Assembly (NCBI RefSeq): GCF_009914755.1
Contig: NC_060932.1
DNA length: 64,000 nucleotides
Direction: 5' to 3' (one strand)
Source of the DNA: the human T2T-CHM13v2.0 reference genome, Homo sapiens
The number at the start of each line of letters is the position of its first letter. Position 1 is the stretch's first letter. This document shows, one piece after another, positions 27,319 through 40,822 of the stretch. The translations under genes and the position numbers were made by a program. The notes beneath the pieces are model-generated. The model saw nothing but the letters and a program-made list of their open reading frames with translations, did not search any database and was not told where the DNA came from.

Positions 27319-30300
27319 GAGATGATAATAGTCACCTTACAGCCTTTTTTATTTGTTCAAGCAATGCACCTGACATAATTTGTATCACTTAGTAGCCCTC
27401 GATAAATGATTATTAGCATTAACTTATTATTATATTGAGCTTCCCAATGGGAACCCCAGTAAAACATATTTAATGACTTCCTATATTAAAAAATGTTTAC
27501 CTTATTTTACCTGCCTTATTTGACTTTATTTCTCAATTTGATTTCCTCACTTTATCCTGATTCCTACAGTTTAAATAAATGTCAAATGAACTATCAATGA
27601 AAAAATTATATTAAAAAATAATGTTGAATCCAAATTGGAAACGTCTATTCAGTAAATTGGGTTAGGTAGGTAAGATTCTGGCTTCTCTTTGTTTGCCAAA
27701 ACAAACAAACAAACAACAACAACAAAACAAGGTTGTATTTTGGCTTCAGAAAGCGAGATCCTGCAGTTAAGACAGGATAGAGATAGGCTTTAAAAGCTAA
27801 ATGAAATAAATAGTCTTGTAAAGGAAAAAAAAGGGAATTTTTCATGAGTCCCTGGAAGCCAGCGAAAAAGCATCCGAGCTGTTGTTTTCAGTAATAACCA
27901 TGATTACTTGGTTAAAATACCCTGTACGAGACACTTCCTGTGCTTTCAGTGCCTCTACAAGGAAAATTAAAACAGAACACACAGCATTGGGGCCAATATG
28001 TTTCCAAGGAAGTCAATTATTAATATACTATTTAGTTTTTAATGAACTAAGCCTATGTATGTGGAGCGCTGCAAAGAGATCTCCATACCAGCCGAGAACA
28101 GGTGTTGGTATAAGCTTTGCCCGTATGTTTACCAACTGATTAGCACCCATTAAAATGATAATAATCTAATAAAAATTACTTTACATCCAGTGAAAGTAGA
28201 AACTCCCCTGTGTGTCGGAAAATGATTTTATGCCCATTGCCATGGCAAAAATAGGACTGAAGTAACAAGAATCCATACCCAAGGCACCCTGAATATTCTG
28301 AGTTTCTAGAGTGCAGACTTTTCCCTGTAAGCCTCCCTTTCTCCAAAAGGCTGTCCCAGGCAGTCAGGACAGTTTAGTTATTTTTGTAGCTTCCAGGGAA
28401 GGACAAACAGTCATCCACTCACCAACATCCTCTTTAGCATGAGGAAAAGAAATCAGATGCTTAGTAAACAATGCCGCTTTGTCTGCCGTAGGAGACTAGA
28501 AGCCTGGGTGAAGCCATGGGTGTCCTTGGGAGACATCCTGGGCCTGAGTTGAGGAAACTGAGGAAATGCCAAGCCTTCCTTCAGCTGGCAGGTTCCTAGC
28601 AAATTCCTGATTCCAGGCTGCTCATAGCAAACACTGGGATGAATGTGAAGTCAGATGATCCCCATCTTCACAATTTTTACCATTTCTTATGACAGGCTCT
28701 ACTCACTGTTTCAACTGAGCCTGGAAAACTTTCCTTTTGCCTTCCACCAAAAGCCGAGCCCAGAAAATTGTAAGAATTTAGTTACAATGTAGTGTAAAAA
28801 TTGAAAACTAAAAGATCTTTGCATTGTAACCAGAACCAAATTCATCTAAGCTAACAGATTAAACACTGTAGGAAATTAAGGCAAGTGGCCAAGTACAGGT
28901 CACAGCTCCCAGGTATTCACCCTCCTCATCTACCTGTGAGGTTTCCAGGTCCCTGTTTACTACACAATGGAGTGTATGCCTTAATTCTCCCTGATTGCTT
29001 CCCAAAAGCCATGATGGAAACAGCAGAAAGAATGAATTTTGGAGTTAGTAGTGAAGGTTTCCATTGTTTTATTTTAATAGTGATGGGCTCCCTATTGATA
29101 TTTGGGCTATAGAAAGGAGGCACAGGGAGAAAAACCAAAGGATTTCTGGAAGTGAAGATTTTGTAGAAACTGTGAATGAGAGAGAGCAGCTCATTACTAA
29201 TGCCAAATTCCGCCCTTTATGTATATGCCTTGCAATATTGAGGCTGCACAATATTTAATCGCTTTATACTTCTGATTAGCATAAGGGCAAAATGAGTTAA
29301 AGGCTGTTTTGGTAAATGAAAAGTTTCCTATTTAAAATAAAATGTCTACCCCTGGTTGGGGTAGAATAGGGTTCTTTGCAAAAGAAGGGTTTGGCAGGTA
29401 TCAGATAAAGACAAAGAAGGGCAAGGTGAGCAGAATTCTTCTGTTGAACTATCTGGCTTCTCTGAGCTGCTACAAGAAACAGACATGAAAGAAGAAATCA
29501 CAAGATTACCTGGGTCTCCAGGCAACCAAGCCATAACCTCCAGGCTAAACATTTTCTCAGAAAGGACTCAGCATAAATTTGCTCCATACTGTGCATGGAC
29601 GTGTGCTGTACCAAAGTCACCATGCTGACAGAAAAGCATTGCTGTCATTTCTATGAAGAAAACTTTGAAACTTCATGGTTTTTCTTTGCCATGATTGGTG
29701 GCTTTTAACATTCAGTGAAAACTTCTTGTTCTAGCCAGTGGACTTGAAAATTGGTGCTTGGATTGGGAACCAAGAAGATATAAATCCCAAGACTGTAAAT
29801 TGGCCACGTTGGAAAACACACTTTAGAAAGTATGACTAATGACTCTATTGTATTCACATTTCTTTATCTTTACCCGGAGGAGAGTGAGCTGCCACCAATT
29901 AACAGTTCTCAGAATGAAATGGAAGCTCCACCTGGCTTCAGAAAAGCAGCTGAGCAGGATTGGGGCAAATCTGGGGTGAATGATTACAATAGCAGGAAAT
30001 GCAATGTAAAATTAAATCCTATCTTCTCAGCATGCAACCAGTTCAAGTCTAAACTTTTATCTCCCATTTGTGGCATTTTGGGAAAATTTATACAAATAAG
30101 TCTCCAAGAGGTCTATTTTTATTTGTTATCTGTCCAGTATATTTAGGTGAAAATACAACCACAATAAAATCCCAACGTGAGCAATAAACCCTCAAATCTC
30201 ATTAAAAATAGAATTTGTTTTACCAAGGGATATGACAGAGTGATGACTTTATTACTTTGTGAGAGGCCAGAGGATGGGTAAGGAAAAGGGTCACCTCAAG

Positions 30301-30745
30301 GGATTGTATCTGTCATCTAGGAGATCTTGAGTCCAGGGAGAGCCAGTGAGTCTGTGATCTTTCTCACCAGACCAGGTCTACAAGTACAACATGGTAGGGC
30401 ATACTTGACTGTCTGCTGCTGGCCCTTTATGCAAAACTAACCCACCCATAGGCTGTACTATGATTCGCTCGCAAAGGCACATACAAATTGAACCCTGGAA
30501 ACCACGTAATTCCTCTAGGGCCCACCCCCCACTTCCTACTGCCCACTCCCCACCTCTGCCCCTGCCACAATGGCTTCTCACGTGTTATTACTTTTCAGGG
30601 GCCATATTGCAAATTCAGTGGCCTGACTTACTAGTGGCTTCTGGATTTCTTGACCTTCACAGTGTGGACACCACTTCTGACTTGTTAGAGCTTAACACTC
30701 CTGCCCAGCTTTTGCTCTTGTTTATATCTGTATTGGCGGTCTTAA

Positions 30746-31688
<943 letters not shown>

Positions 31689-33299
31689 CTAGTTCAGCCT
31701 CAGGCCTCAGCCATTTCTGAAGTAACAGAGTTGCACAGATATGACATAGATTTGCCTCCTGATGTAACCACAAGGTTTTGGGCAAGGTCTGGAGACCAGT
31801 TGGGTAACATGGTGGCTATCATTAATGTTGAGTATCACACCTCCCATAATTTTGCTTCTAGAGGTGATGGAAGAGGGGCACTTGACTCTCCAGGAAACCA
31901 AGGGTAATTGTAAAAAGCAAGAATTAAAGACACAGCCTCTTCTTTGGCCCTGACAGTCAACTAGAACTGTCACTGGGATTAGCAGAGTATCATGACAGAG
32001 AGTTCTTTTTGTTAGATGGGTCAAGCTGTTGTCACAATCCAAGTGAAACTTAGAAGTCAGCTGTCTCCTCAACTTGACTTGGGATAGGACTTTGTAACTC
32101 TATGCAATCTCCATAAAGAATTCACCACCCCACAAATCAAAAAATTATCTGAAGATTTTATCAGGGAGATCAGACGTCCAACAGTAAATTTTTTTAAAAT
32201 GCTCATTAGGCATGTTTTTTTGCCAAAACTTTGTCTTCCTTGCTTGCCCTCACCAAAGTTTTCCACTCTATTCTTCCATCACAAGGAGGCTGGGCTCCCA
32301 TCCTCCTCTATTTATGTTGCCATTACCAAGATCAATCCCACTTCAGAGGCAATGGTGAGTTATAAACAATAGCTGCAACAAAACAATTTGTGTTACATAA
32401 GAATAAAATTCTTAAGCGAGAGAGATGAGTATTTCCATATTCATGATACCACTTACTTCTCACTCTAACCCTAGGATGCATGCATTATTCTCCACGACTG
32501 ATACAGAAGTAAATTCCAGAAAGCTTTAAAGTCAGTTTGTATAAAGAGGTGAGATACAACCCCAAATCACATGGCTCCAAGTCAGGGTTATTTCTGTGGA
32601 GTCAGGTACTCTTGGATGCTTAACATCTAAGTGGGGGAAAGGGATTGTTAGCCCTTCATGATCATTTTAATCACAAAAAAGATAACAAATTTTGACCAAA
32701 GTGAGTTTAGAGGCCTTGATTTGATCCAGTTATCAGATTTCCTGAAAGGGTGTGTTCTGCAAAAAGAAATACCAAGACAAAGGAATTGAGAAACTCCTAT
32801 CTAAGAAAGAAAATGAGACCGTCACACACGGTATTTTTCTACAATTTTCTTATCTTATTCAACTCATTTTGTTAACAGAGGTTCTCTTTGACTGTGAAAC
32901 AGAAGAAAATCTTTCCTTAACAATAACTTACACGTGCCATGAAAGAGATGAAGCAGAAGATTAAGCAGGAAACCCAGCTACTTTATTGCCCTAAGGCATT
33001 ACTCATTTTCCTGACACATTATGTTTTTAATTAAAATTACATGTGAGTTAATTAAAATGCTCACTCGGGCACTTTCTTCCCTTTTCTTGCATAGATTCCT
33101 TGTTACTCGTTTAGCTTTTTGGTAAAATTCAGTTTCATTTTAACTCTGTTGCCTTTATCAACTAAAACTTTAGCAGAGTCTGTATACTAAACTAATTTTT
33201 TGAAAAACCTAATTTGAAAAACTTATCCTTAAGCGACCAGGGAAAACAGAGGTAGCTAGGGGCAGAATCATTCTGGCTCTTGCATTCTTCTCTAGTTAT

Positions 33300-33892
33300 T
33301 TAAGCAAAAATTATGCAACTGGCATTAATAGAAAGTATATCTAAAAGGGAACTGTGATTTTTCTTGCAATAGACATGTTTATCCATCTACAGTCCATCAT
33401 TCTGGAAAGGGTCATTGCTAGGGCAGCTATGGTTATATATACCTCACCTTTCCCTGACCACAGCTGGTTGATTAGCTGCTGGTAGGCATCCATCTAGTCC
33501 AACTTAGCAATTGACAGGCCAGTACCCCAAGAGAAAAAATCACTCTTGAAAGTTTTGATATAGAGACACAGAGACCTTGGTTCCTGATAAGGTCTATACT
33601 GGATGAGTGAGGACAAATAAGGTGGAATTGGAGTGGGTTCATTTGCAAACAGAGGAAGTTTGTTGAAAGAAAGACCAGACAAGAAGAAACAGATGGTAGC
33701 AGCCCATGACCTAGGAGAAAAACAGAGAAGACCTTCAGGGTCTTCCCATTCCCACTTCCTATGAAGCCCAGCTGAATCCTTACTGTATCCCTAAGATGGC
33801 CTATTTTGTTTGTTTCTTTCATAAATTTATCTTTTCCAGAGTTAGCTAAAATGAATTTTTGACGCTTGTAAACAATGAGCTCTGATTAAAAT
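33300..33892 (+). mobile_element. Old MLT1-type MaLR LTR
   Basis: ccctgaccacagctggttg..., cctatgaagcccagctg, 3' ataaattt...gttagctaaaatgaatttttg..gcttgtaaacaatgagctctgattaaaata; boundaries are approximate. Confidence 0.55.
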
Positions 33893-34299
33893 ACCTGTGC
33901 TTCAAAAACCCATGTCCCTATGCAGCCTGAAAGAGGCAATATTAAAAAGACAAGTCATAAAATGAATAGTAAGAAACTAACAATTGCAATTCAAGGATAT
34001 ATAGGCTAAAGCTACATCAGTGAAGTGAATTCCAAGAGGTGAAGGGTATTTTTTCCAACCGCGTTAGAAGTCCTCTATGAAGAGTTTGGGGAAAATCTTT
34101 ATTTATTTATTTATTTTTTCATTTCAGGATTACAGGTACATGTCCATTTCCAGTGATGTTTTAGTACCCCAATAATGTGTTAATGCATATAAAAAATTGG
34201 TACCCTGAGCAGCTGCCTGGCTGACCCATATTTGTTCATTTTTCTCTGTTACCTGGATAAGGTCTGCCACATGTTTCCTTCCAGATCAGATTTCTAAAA

Positions 34300-36094
34300 T
34301 ACCAGTATTAGCCTAGATGGATGTGGTGCCCACCCAGGTTGGACTTTGTGCCATGGCTGGACAGCTCCTTGCCTGGGACCTGCAATCCATTAATCCTCTG
34401 AACTCTTGAACCTCCTTGGCATCTTAAGTACTGTGATCTATCATTATCCCATCCCAAATCTTTATGGCAAACCCATGGATCAGGGTGAAATCTATAGTAC
34501 CTCATTCTTGCTTGCATTTGGGCAGCATGTGACTGGTGGGAAACTTACAGTGACTCTGGCTGGTCTCCCTTTAAATTTATGATCATGAACCTCAAGTGCA
34601 CCCAGAATGTTGCCAGGCCAGTCATGCCATTTCCCCTAGTCCATCCATTTTCTCACTGTAGCCCTAGAACTCCTTGATGAATCTGAATAAATTAGAGTTT
34701 TCTGTTCCTCTGCTCTTATTCCCCCTTGAATCAGTTCCAATCAGACATTGGCCTCCACCCACTCCATCAAAACTTCTATTACTAAGTCTCCAGTGCCCTT
34801 TATGTTTCTAAACCCAGTGGTCAGCATTTAGTACTCATATACTTGACTCATTGGCAGCAGTTAGCAGACTTGAGCATGTCTTTCTCTGTGACACATTTCC
34901 ATCATTTAACTTCCAAGATATCGTTCTCTTTGTTTTGCTATCTCACCTGGTTCTTCTTCTTAGGCTCCTTTGTTGCTTGTCTCTTTGACTTCTTAATGTT
35001 ATGCTTCCCCAGGACTTAGCTCTTGTTATTTTTCTCATATCTATCTACAGTCTCACCACTGGTGATATCATTGAACCTAATGGTTTTAAACACAATTTCT
35101 ATGCAAATGACTCACAAATTTGTATCCTAAACTCAGACATCTTCTCTGAAATCCAGATCTCTATATTCACTTTCCTACTTTTCTTTATTTGAATATCCAT
35201 TAGGGACCTAATACTTAAATCTAAAACCCAACTCCTGGTATTTCTCCTATTAATTGGCTTTATCTATAGCCTTCTGTCATTGGAGGGCTACTCTATCTTT
35301 TCAGTTTTTCAGCCCAAAACCTGGGAGATAGCCAAGATTCCTCTTTATCTCGCTTTCATGGTCAGAATCATTATTTTGTAAGATTCTGTGAACTTTACAT
35401 TGAAAATATTTATCCAGAATCACCACTAATTGCAGTCTCTATTGCCACCACACTTTTCCAATGATCATGATTACTTCAAGAACCTATAACTGGTTTCCCT
35501 GATTTCCTGTTTGTACTTCTACTATCCATTTAGAGTAGAGCAGCAAGAGTGTTTCTTTTAAAATGCAGGTCAAATTGTATCTGTCACCTACTAAAAGCCC
35601 TGCAATGCCTTTCTATTCTACTCAGAGTAGAAGCCAAAGGTTTTATAATGGCTGACATGTTACACAGCTCATTCAGTTCTAGACACAGTGACCTCATTGC
35701 TGATCCTCCAAAACTCCAAGAACATTCGTCTTTTCCCACAGTTTCCCCTTAGGTATCCACAAGGCTGATTCCCTTATCTCATTTAATTCCTTGTTCAGAA
35801 GTCACATTTTTAACAAGGTCCACTCTAACCATCTATTTAAATTGTACTCTCCCATATCCTGATACCTTTTAACCTGCTCTCTCTGGTTTTCTATAGAGCT
35901 TATTGTTTTCTAACATACTGTATAATTTACATCTTATTATTTGTTCTGCTTTTATTCTGTTGATTTTCTCCCTCATATGCAAATGTAATCTACGTACAAA
36001 ATTCAGAGGTTTTGTATATTTTTTACATAAATATTTCCAAGCGTCTAGAATAGTATGGCTGGCAAATCAGTATTTGTTGAATGGATGAATGAAT
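34300..36094 (+). mobile_element. Long L2 LINE fragment
   Basis: ctccatcaaaacttc, aaacccagtggtca, atgcaaatgactcacaaattt, tatccagaatc, ending agtatttgttgaatggatgaatgaat. Confidence 0.88.
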
Positions 36095-36169
36095 ATTTCT
36101 AGGTGGAGGAGGCAGATCACAGATTAGGGAGGAAGAGGTGACTTGGACTTGCTTGGAAGAGTAGGAGAG

Positions 36170-36565
36170 AGTTTTAAAAAACCCTGAATAAAGGTACTTT
36201 TAAACTTCTTCCAAACATTAAGCTGTGACATGTATAAGGTAAGACTGCATGAAGCTAGAAAAACAACAAACATCAGAGAAAAGAACTACTTGAGACCTGT
36301 AAGCTAAAACACTATCTGAACCTACACATGATTGTCTGACCAATTAGCCAAAAGACCTCCTTGAACACCAGGTGCACTCAGTAAAGACCCCACAAAAGTC
36401 ATGCCTTAACAGTACAGTCAAACTAGTCCTAGAGTATAGGCTACTCTAGGCCTGCCTAAACAAAGCTTGAAAACCCTCCTTAAAAGACTAAGCTAATTTA
36501 TAAGTAAATTCATTCCCCGTCAGAAAAAATAGGGAACATAACAGAATCCAGAAAACAAAAAGACA
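36170..36565 (+). mobile_element. Ancient L1M (5' region) fragment that resumes at ~39000-39115
   Basis: gcactcagtaaagacccc..gtcatgccttaacagta..aactagtcctagagtataggctactctagg..caaagcttgaaa; after the L1MA: aagcagaaggaaatgtgacccataac..gaaaaaatcag. Confidence 0.55.
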
Positions 36566-36566
36566 A

Positions 36567-37080
36567 TATTTGAGGTCTTTTGTGGTTGTATATGAGTTTT
36601 ATAATTGTTTTTTCTATTTCTGTGAAAAACTGTCATTGGAATTCTGATTGGGATTGTGTTGAATCTATATAAAGCTTTGGGTGCACAGTATGAACATTTT
36701 AACAGTATTTTCCCAATTCACAAACACAGGGTATCTTTCCATTCATTGGGTCTTGCTCAATTTCTTTCATTAATGTTTTATAGTTTTTGGTGTACAGATT
36801 TTTACTTCTTGGTTAAATTTATTCCTAAGCATTTTATTATTTTTGATGGCTATTGTAAATAAGATTGTTCCTTGATTTCTCAAATTGATGATTATTGATA
36901 TAAAGAAATATATTTTTCTTTGTTGATTTTTATATTTTGCCACTTTTCTGAACTTGAGTTTTGTGGAGTTTTTAGGGTTTTCTACATGTAGAATCATATC
37001 ATCAGCAAACAGAGATACTTTTACTTCTTCCTTTATAATTTGGATACCTTTCATTTCTTTTTTTTGTCTGATTGCTTTTG
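36567..37080 (-). mobile_element. Inverted 5' segment of an L1MA element (RT domain)
   Basis: Minus ORF 36770-37093 contains KAIRQKKEMKGIQI.KEEVKVSLFADDMILHVENPK, the L1 ORF2 RT FADD motif. Confidence 0.93.
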
Positions 37081-38995
37081 TTAGAGGCATCATTCTTCCT
37101 GATTTCCAAATTATACTACAAAGCTATAGTAATCAAAACTGTGGTGCAGGCATAAAAACAGAATCATAGAAAAATAGAACAGAGGCCAGGTGTAGTGGCT
37201 CATGCCTGTAATCCCAGCACTTTGGGAAGCCAAGGTGGGTGGATCACAAGGCCAGGAGTTCAAGACCAGCCTGACCCAGATGGGGAAACCCCATCTCTAC
37301 TAAAAATACAAAAATTAGCCAGGTGCAGTGGCATACACCTGTAGTCCCAGCTACTCAGGAGGCTGAGGCAGGAGATTCACTTGAACTCAGGAGGCAGAGG
37401 TTGCAGTGAGCCAAGATTGTACCACTGCACTCTAGCCTGGCTGAGACAGCAAGACTCCATCAAAAAAAAAAAAAAAAAAGAACAGAATAGAGAGCACAAA
37501 AATAAACCTAAGCATATATGGTAATGAATTTTTGACAAGGCCATTCAGATGGGGAAGGATAGTCTATTCAGTTAATAATTTTAGAGAAACTGATATTCAC
37601 ATGCAAAAGAATAAAATTGCACCCTTATCTTGTACCATACACAAAAAAATCAACTCAAAATGACTTGAAGACCTCTATGTAAGACCTCAAACCGTAAAAA
37701 CTCTAGAAGAAAACATAAGGGAAAAGCTCTTTGATCTTTGGCCTTGGCAATGATTTCTTTAGATATTACACCAAAAGTAATAAAAACAAAAATAAACAAG
37801 TAGGACGACATCAAACTAAAAAGCTTTTGCACAGCAAAGTCAACAATTAACAAAATGAAAAGGCAGCCCATGGATTCGGAGGAAATATTTGCAAACCATG
37901 TATCTGATAAGGGGTTAATATCTAAAACACATAAGAATCTCAAACAACTTATAATTAGAAAACAAATAATCCAATTAAAAAATGGACAAAGGACCTGAAG
38001 AGACATTTTTCCAAAGAAGACATACAAATGGCCAACAAGTATATTGAAAAGCGCCTAACATCACTAATCTTTTGGAAAATGTCAATCAAAACCACAATGA
38101 GATATTATCTCACACTTGTTAGGATGGCTATTATCAAAAAGAGATAACAAGTGTTGGTGATGGTGTGGAGGAAAGGGATTTTTGTATACTGTTGGTCAGA
38201 ATGTAAATTGGTACAATCATAAAAACAGTAAAGAGGTTCCTCAAAAAATTAAAAATAGAGGTATCATATGACACAGCAACCTCTCTGCTGGGTATATACC
38301 CAAAGGAAATGAAATCAGCACCTTGCATAGATACCTGCAATCCAATGTTTATTGCAGCACAATACTCTACACAATTATTCACAATACACAAGATATGGAA
38401 ACCTAAGTGTTTATTGATGGATGAATAAAGAAATTATATACATATATATACATGTGTGTGTATAATGTATATATGCACATATATAAAATAAAATATTATT
38501 CAAACTTGAGATACTGTCATTGGCGACAACATAGATGAACATGGAGGACATCAAGCTAAGTGAAATAAGGTAGAAATTGAAGGAAAAATATTGTATAATC
38601 TCACTTAGATGTGGAATTTTTTGAAAAGTCAAATACCTAGAGACAGAAAGTAGAATGGTGGTTACAGGAGTGAGGAGGGAGAGGAAATATGGGAAAGCAG
38701 GTCAAAGAGCGCAAACTTGAAGTTACACAGGATGAGTAAGTCTAGTCCAACAGAGTAAGGACTATAGTTAATAATATTTTACTATATACTAAAAATTTGC
38801 TAAAAGAGTAGATTTTAGGAACTCGTACCACAAAAAAAGAAAGAAAGAAAGAAAGAAGAGTAACTATGGAAGGGGATGGATAGGATAATTTGCTTGACTG
38901 CAGTAGTAATTTTGCTATGTATATATGTATACATATTGCTATGTATGTATATCCAAAACATCATATTGCACACCTTAAATATATACAATAAAAAG
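37081..38995 (+). mobile_element. L1MA (MA7/8-like) ORF2 3' half and 3'UTR
   Basis: gaggcatcattcttcctgatttc...aaagaagacatacaaatggccaac...ggactatagttaataat...caccttaaatatatacaataaaaa; carries many frameshifts and stops. Confidence 0.93.
37184..37475 (+). mobile_element. AluS inserted in L1MA
   Basis: Full dimer with A tail; flanked by aaaaatagaacaga / aaaaaaagaacaga. Confidence 0.97.
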
Positions 38996-40633
38996 GAAAA
39001 TAACAAAATCTGAACACTAAATTCCGTAACATTTAGGTATTCAGTATCTATAAAAACTACTATACTTGAAAAGCAGAAGGAAATGTGACCCATAACTAGG
39101 AGAAAAAATCAGCTAGTTCAAGGTAAAATATGGAAAAGAGAAAAATTGCATTTAGTATCTTCTACCTACAACCTACACAATCAGTGGAATCCCATATCTT
39201 GAAGCCTTTCCGGCTCAACCCACACCCCTCCGCCCCCAGCATCACAGTGCTCAGAGCGCCACACAGCAGTGCTCTTTTGTCTTTCTCTTCTGTACCCAAG
39301 TGAACTCACGTGATCTGTCTGTTCGTGATTCTTTTTTACTTAGGTTTTCTCTCCTTTGTATATCGGATTTTCAACTAGCTAATCTGATAATCTCATGTAT
39401 TGTAATGAAGAAAGGCCAGAGCTACAAAGGCTCCCCCGCCATTATCACCCTGTGGTGCTTTTCTTTACCTCCTGTGGTATTGTCATCTTACTCTAAATTG
39501 TAGGAAGTTCACTTGACTGGGGGACAAGAAAACTGGGTGGAAGAGATAACTTTGAATGTTGGAAAGTCATGGTCCTATTTTGGAACTATTTTAGGTCCAA
39601 ATACGTCATGGACCTATTTATGGCACCTATTTTGAGTTTCATGTCAGGCGTAATTATTGTTACCAGAACACAAGATCAGGGAGGAACGAACTGAGATGCT
39701 TATGAGATGCAGTTTGGCAAGGTTTCTTTAATTTTCTCCTACTTTAGATTGGATTTTGGTGCTTGAGACTGACATGAAGTAAAGCTAGCAAAAGTGTATC
39801 AGGTGGCCCCAGACAGAGGTGGGGATGAAGTAAGTTCAAGGAGTTAGTGGCCTGGCAGGAAAGAATGAATATTGCTGAATATGAAAAGGTAGAAAACTCT
39901 TCAGTGAGCAATAGTTACTCTCAATGTATTTTAAAACCTCCTGAACATTTGTACAGAGAGAGTACAGAGAGCCTCAGTTTCTGTGGCTCAACCTTTTGAC
40001 TTATCTTTGGAATAATCATTTCATTTGGAAATATTGATTGTTGTAGCTAAACATTTTAGTAAATGTTTAGTTTAACCTACAATATGTTAATATATTTCTT
40101 TCACGGAATCAGATAACTACCTAATTTTGCAGAAAAATTACAAGCGTTTCTTTTTTAAAAAAAAATGATTTAAACTCAGCAGGCATCTCACCTCAGAAAT
40201 AGCAAGGCATTATTTAATTTTAAAAGTGTTTTAGTGTGACATTTTAGGCATTTGGGAAAGTGCATAAAAGATAAGGTTACCTGACAGTAAGGCTGTTTCA
40301 CAACATCATTACACTGATAACTACTGGAGTCATTTCATTTGCACGAAGCCATTTGATTATGGCATTGGAAATCAAGTGATATTGTGTTTGGAACCATTTG
40401 TGTGTGCTATTTATTTTAGCATAATACATATTTATTGGTATTTTATTCACAATATAAGTCACATGTTAATAACAGTTTAACAGGCTTTAGAGCCTTTCCT
40501 TCTCACATGTCCAATAACAAGTTCATGAGTAATTCCACAAGGTACACTTATCCATGAAGGGGTCCTAATCATATATATAAACAAGCATTTCCTCCACAGT
40601 TGAGCAGATACTTGTATGATATTGTCTCCTTTG

Positions 40634-40822
40634 TAGGGTGGCTAGATTTAGCAAATTAAAATACCGTACAATGTTAAATTTTATTTGAGATAAATGATGA
40701 AGAAATTTTTAGTACAAGGGTATCTCATGCAATATTTGAGACATACTTGTCCTAAAAATTATTTATTGCTAATCTGAACGTTAAACTTAACTAGACATCC
40801 TTTATTTTATCTGGCAACTCTT
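40634..40822. mobile_element. MER53 palindromic hAT MITE
   Basis: tagggtggctagatttagcaaat...tatctcatgcaatatttgagacatac...tattttatctggcaactct; partial 8-bp TSD ctcctttg / ctcctaga. Confidence 0.9.

Noticed and set aside
34098-34141. Possible 8-nt microexon (ttttcatttcag GATTACAG gtacat)
   Set aside because: The donor is weak, the length is not frame-preserving and there is no gene context; it could equally be an Alu-like remnant.
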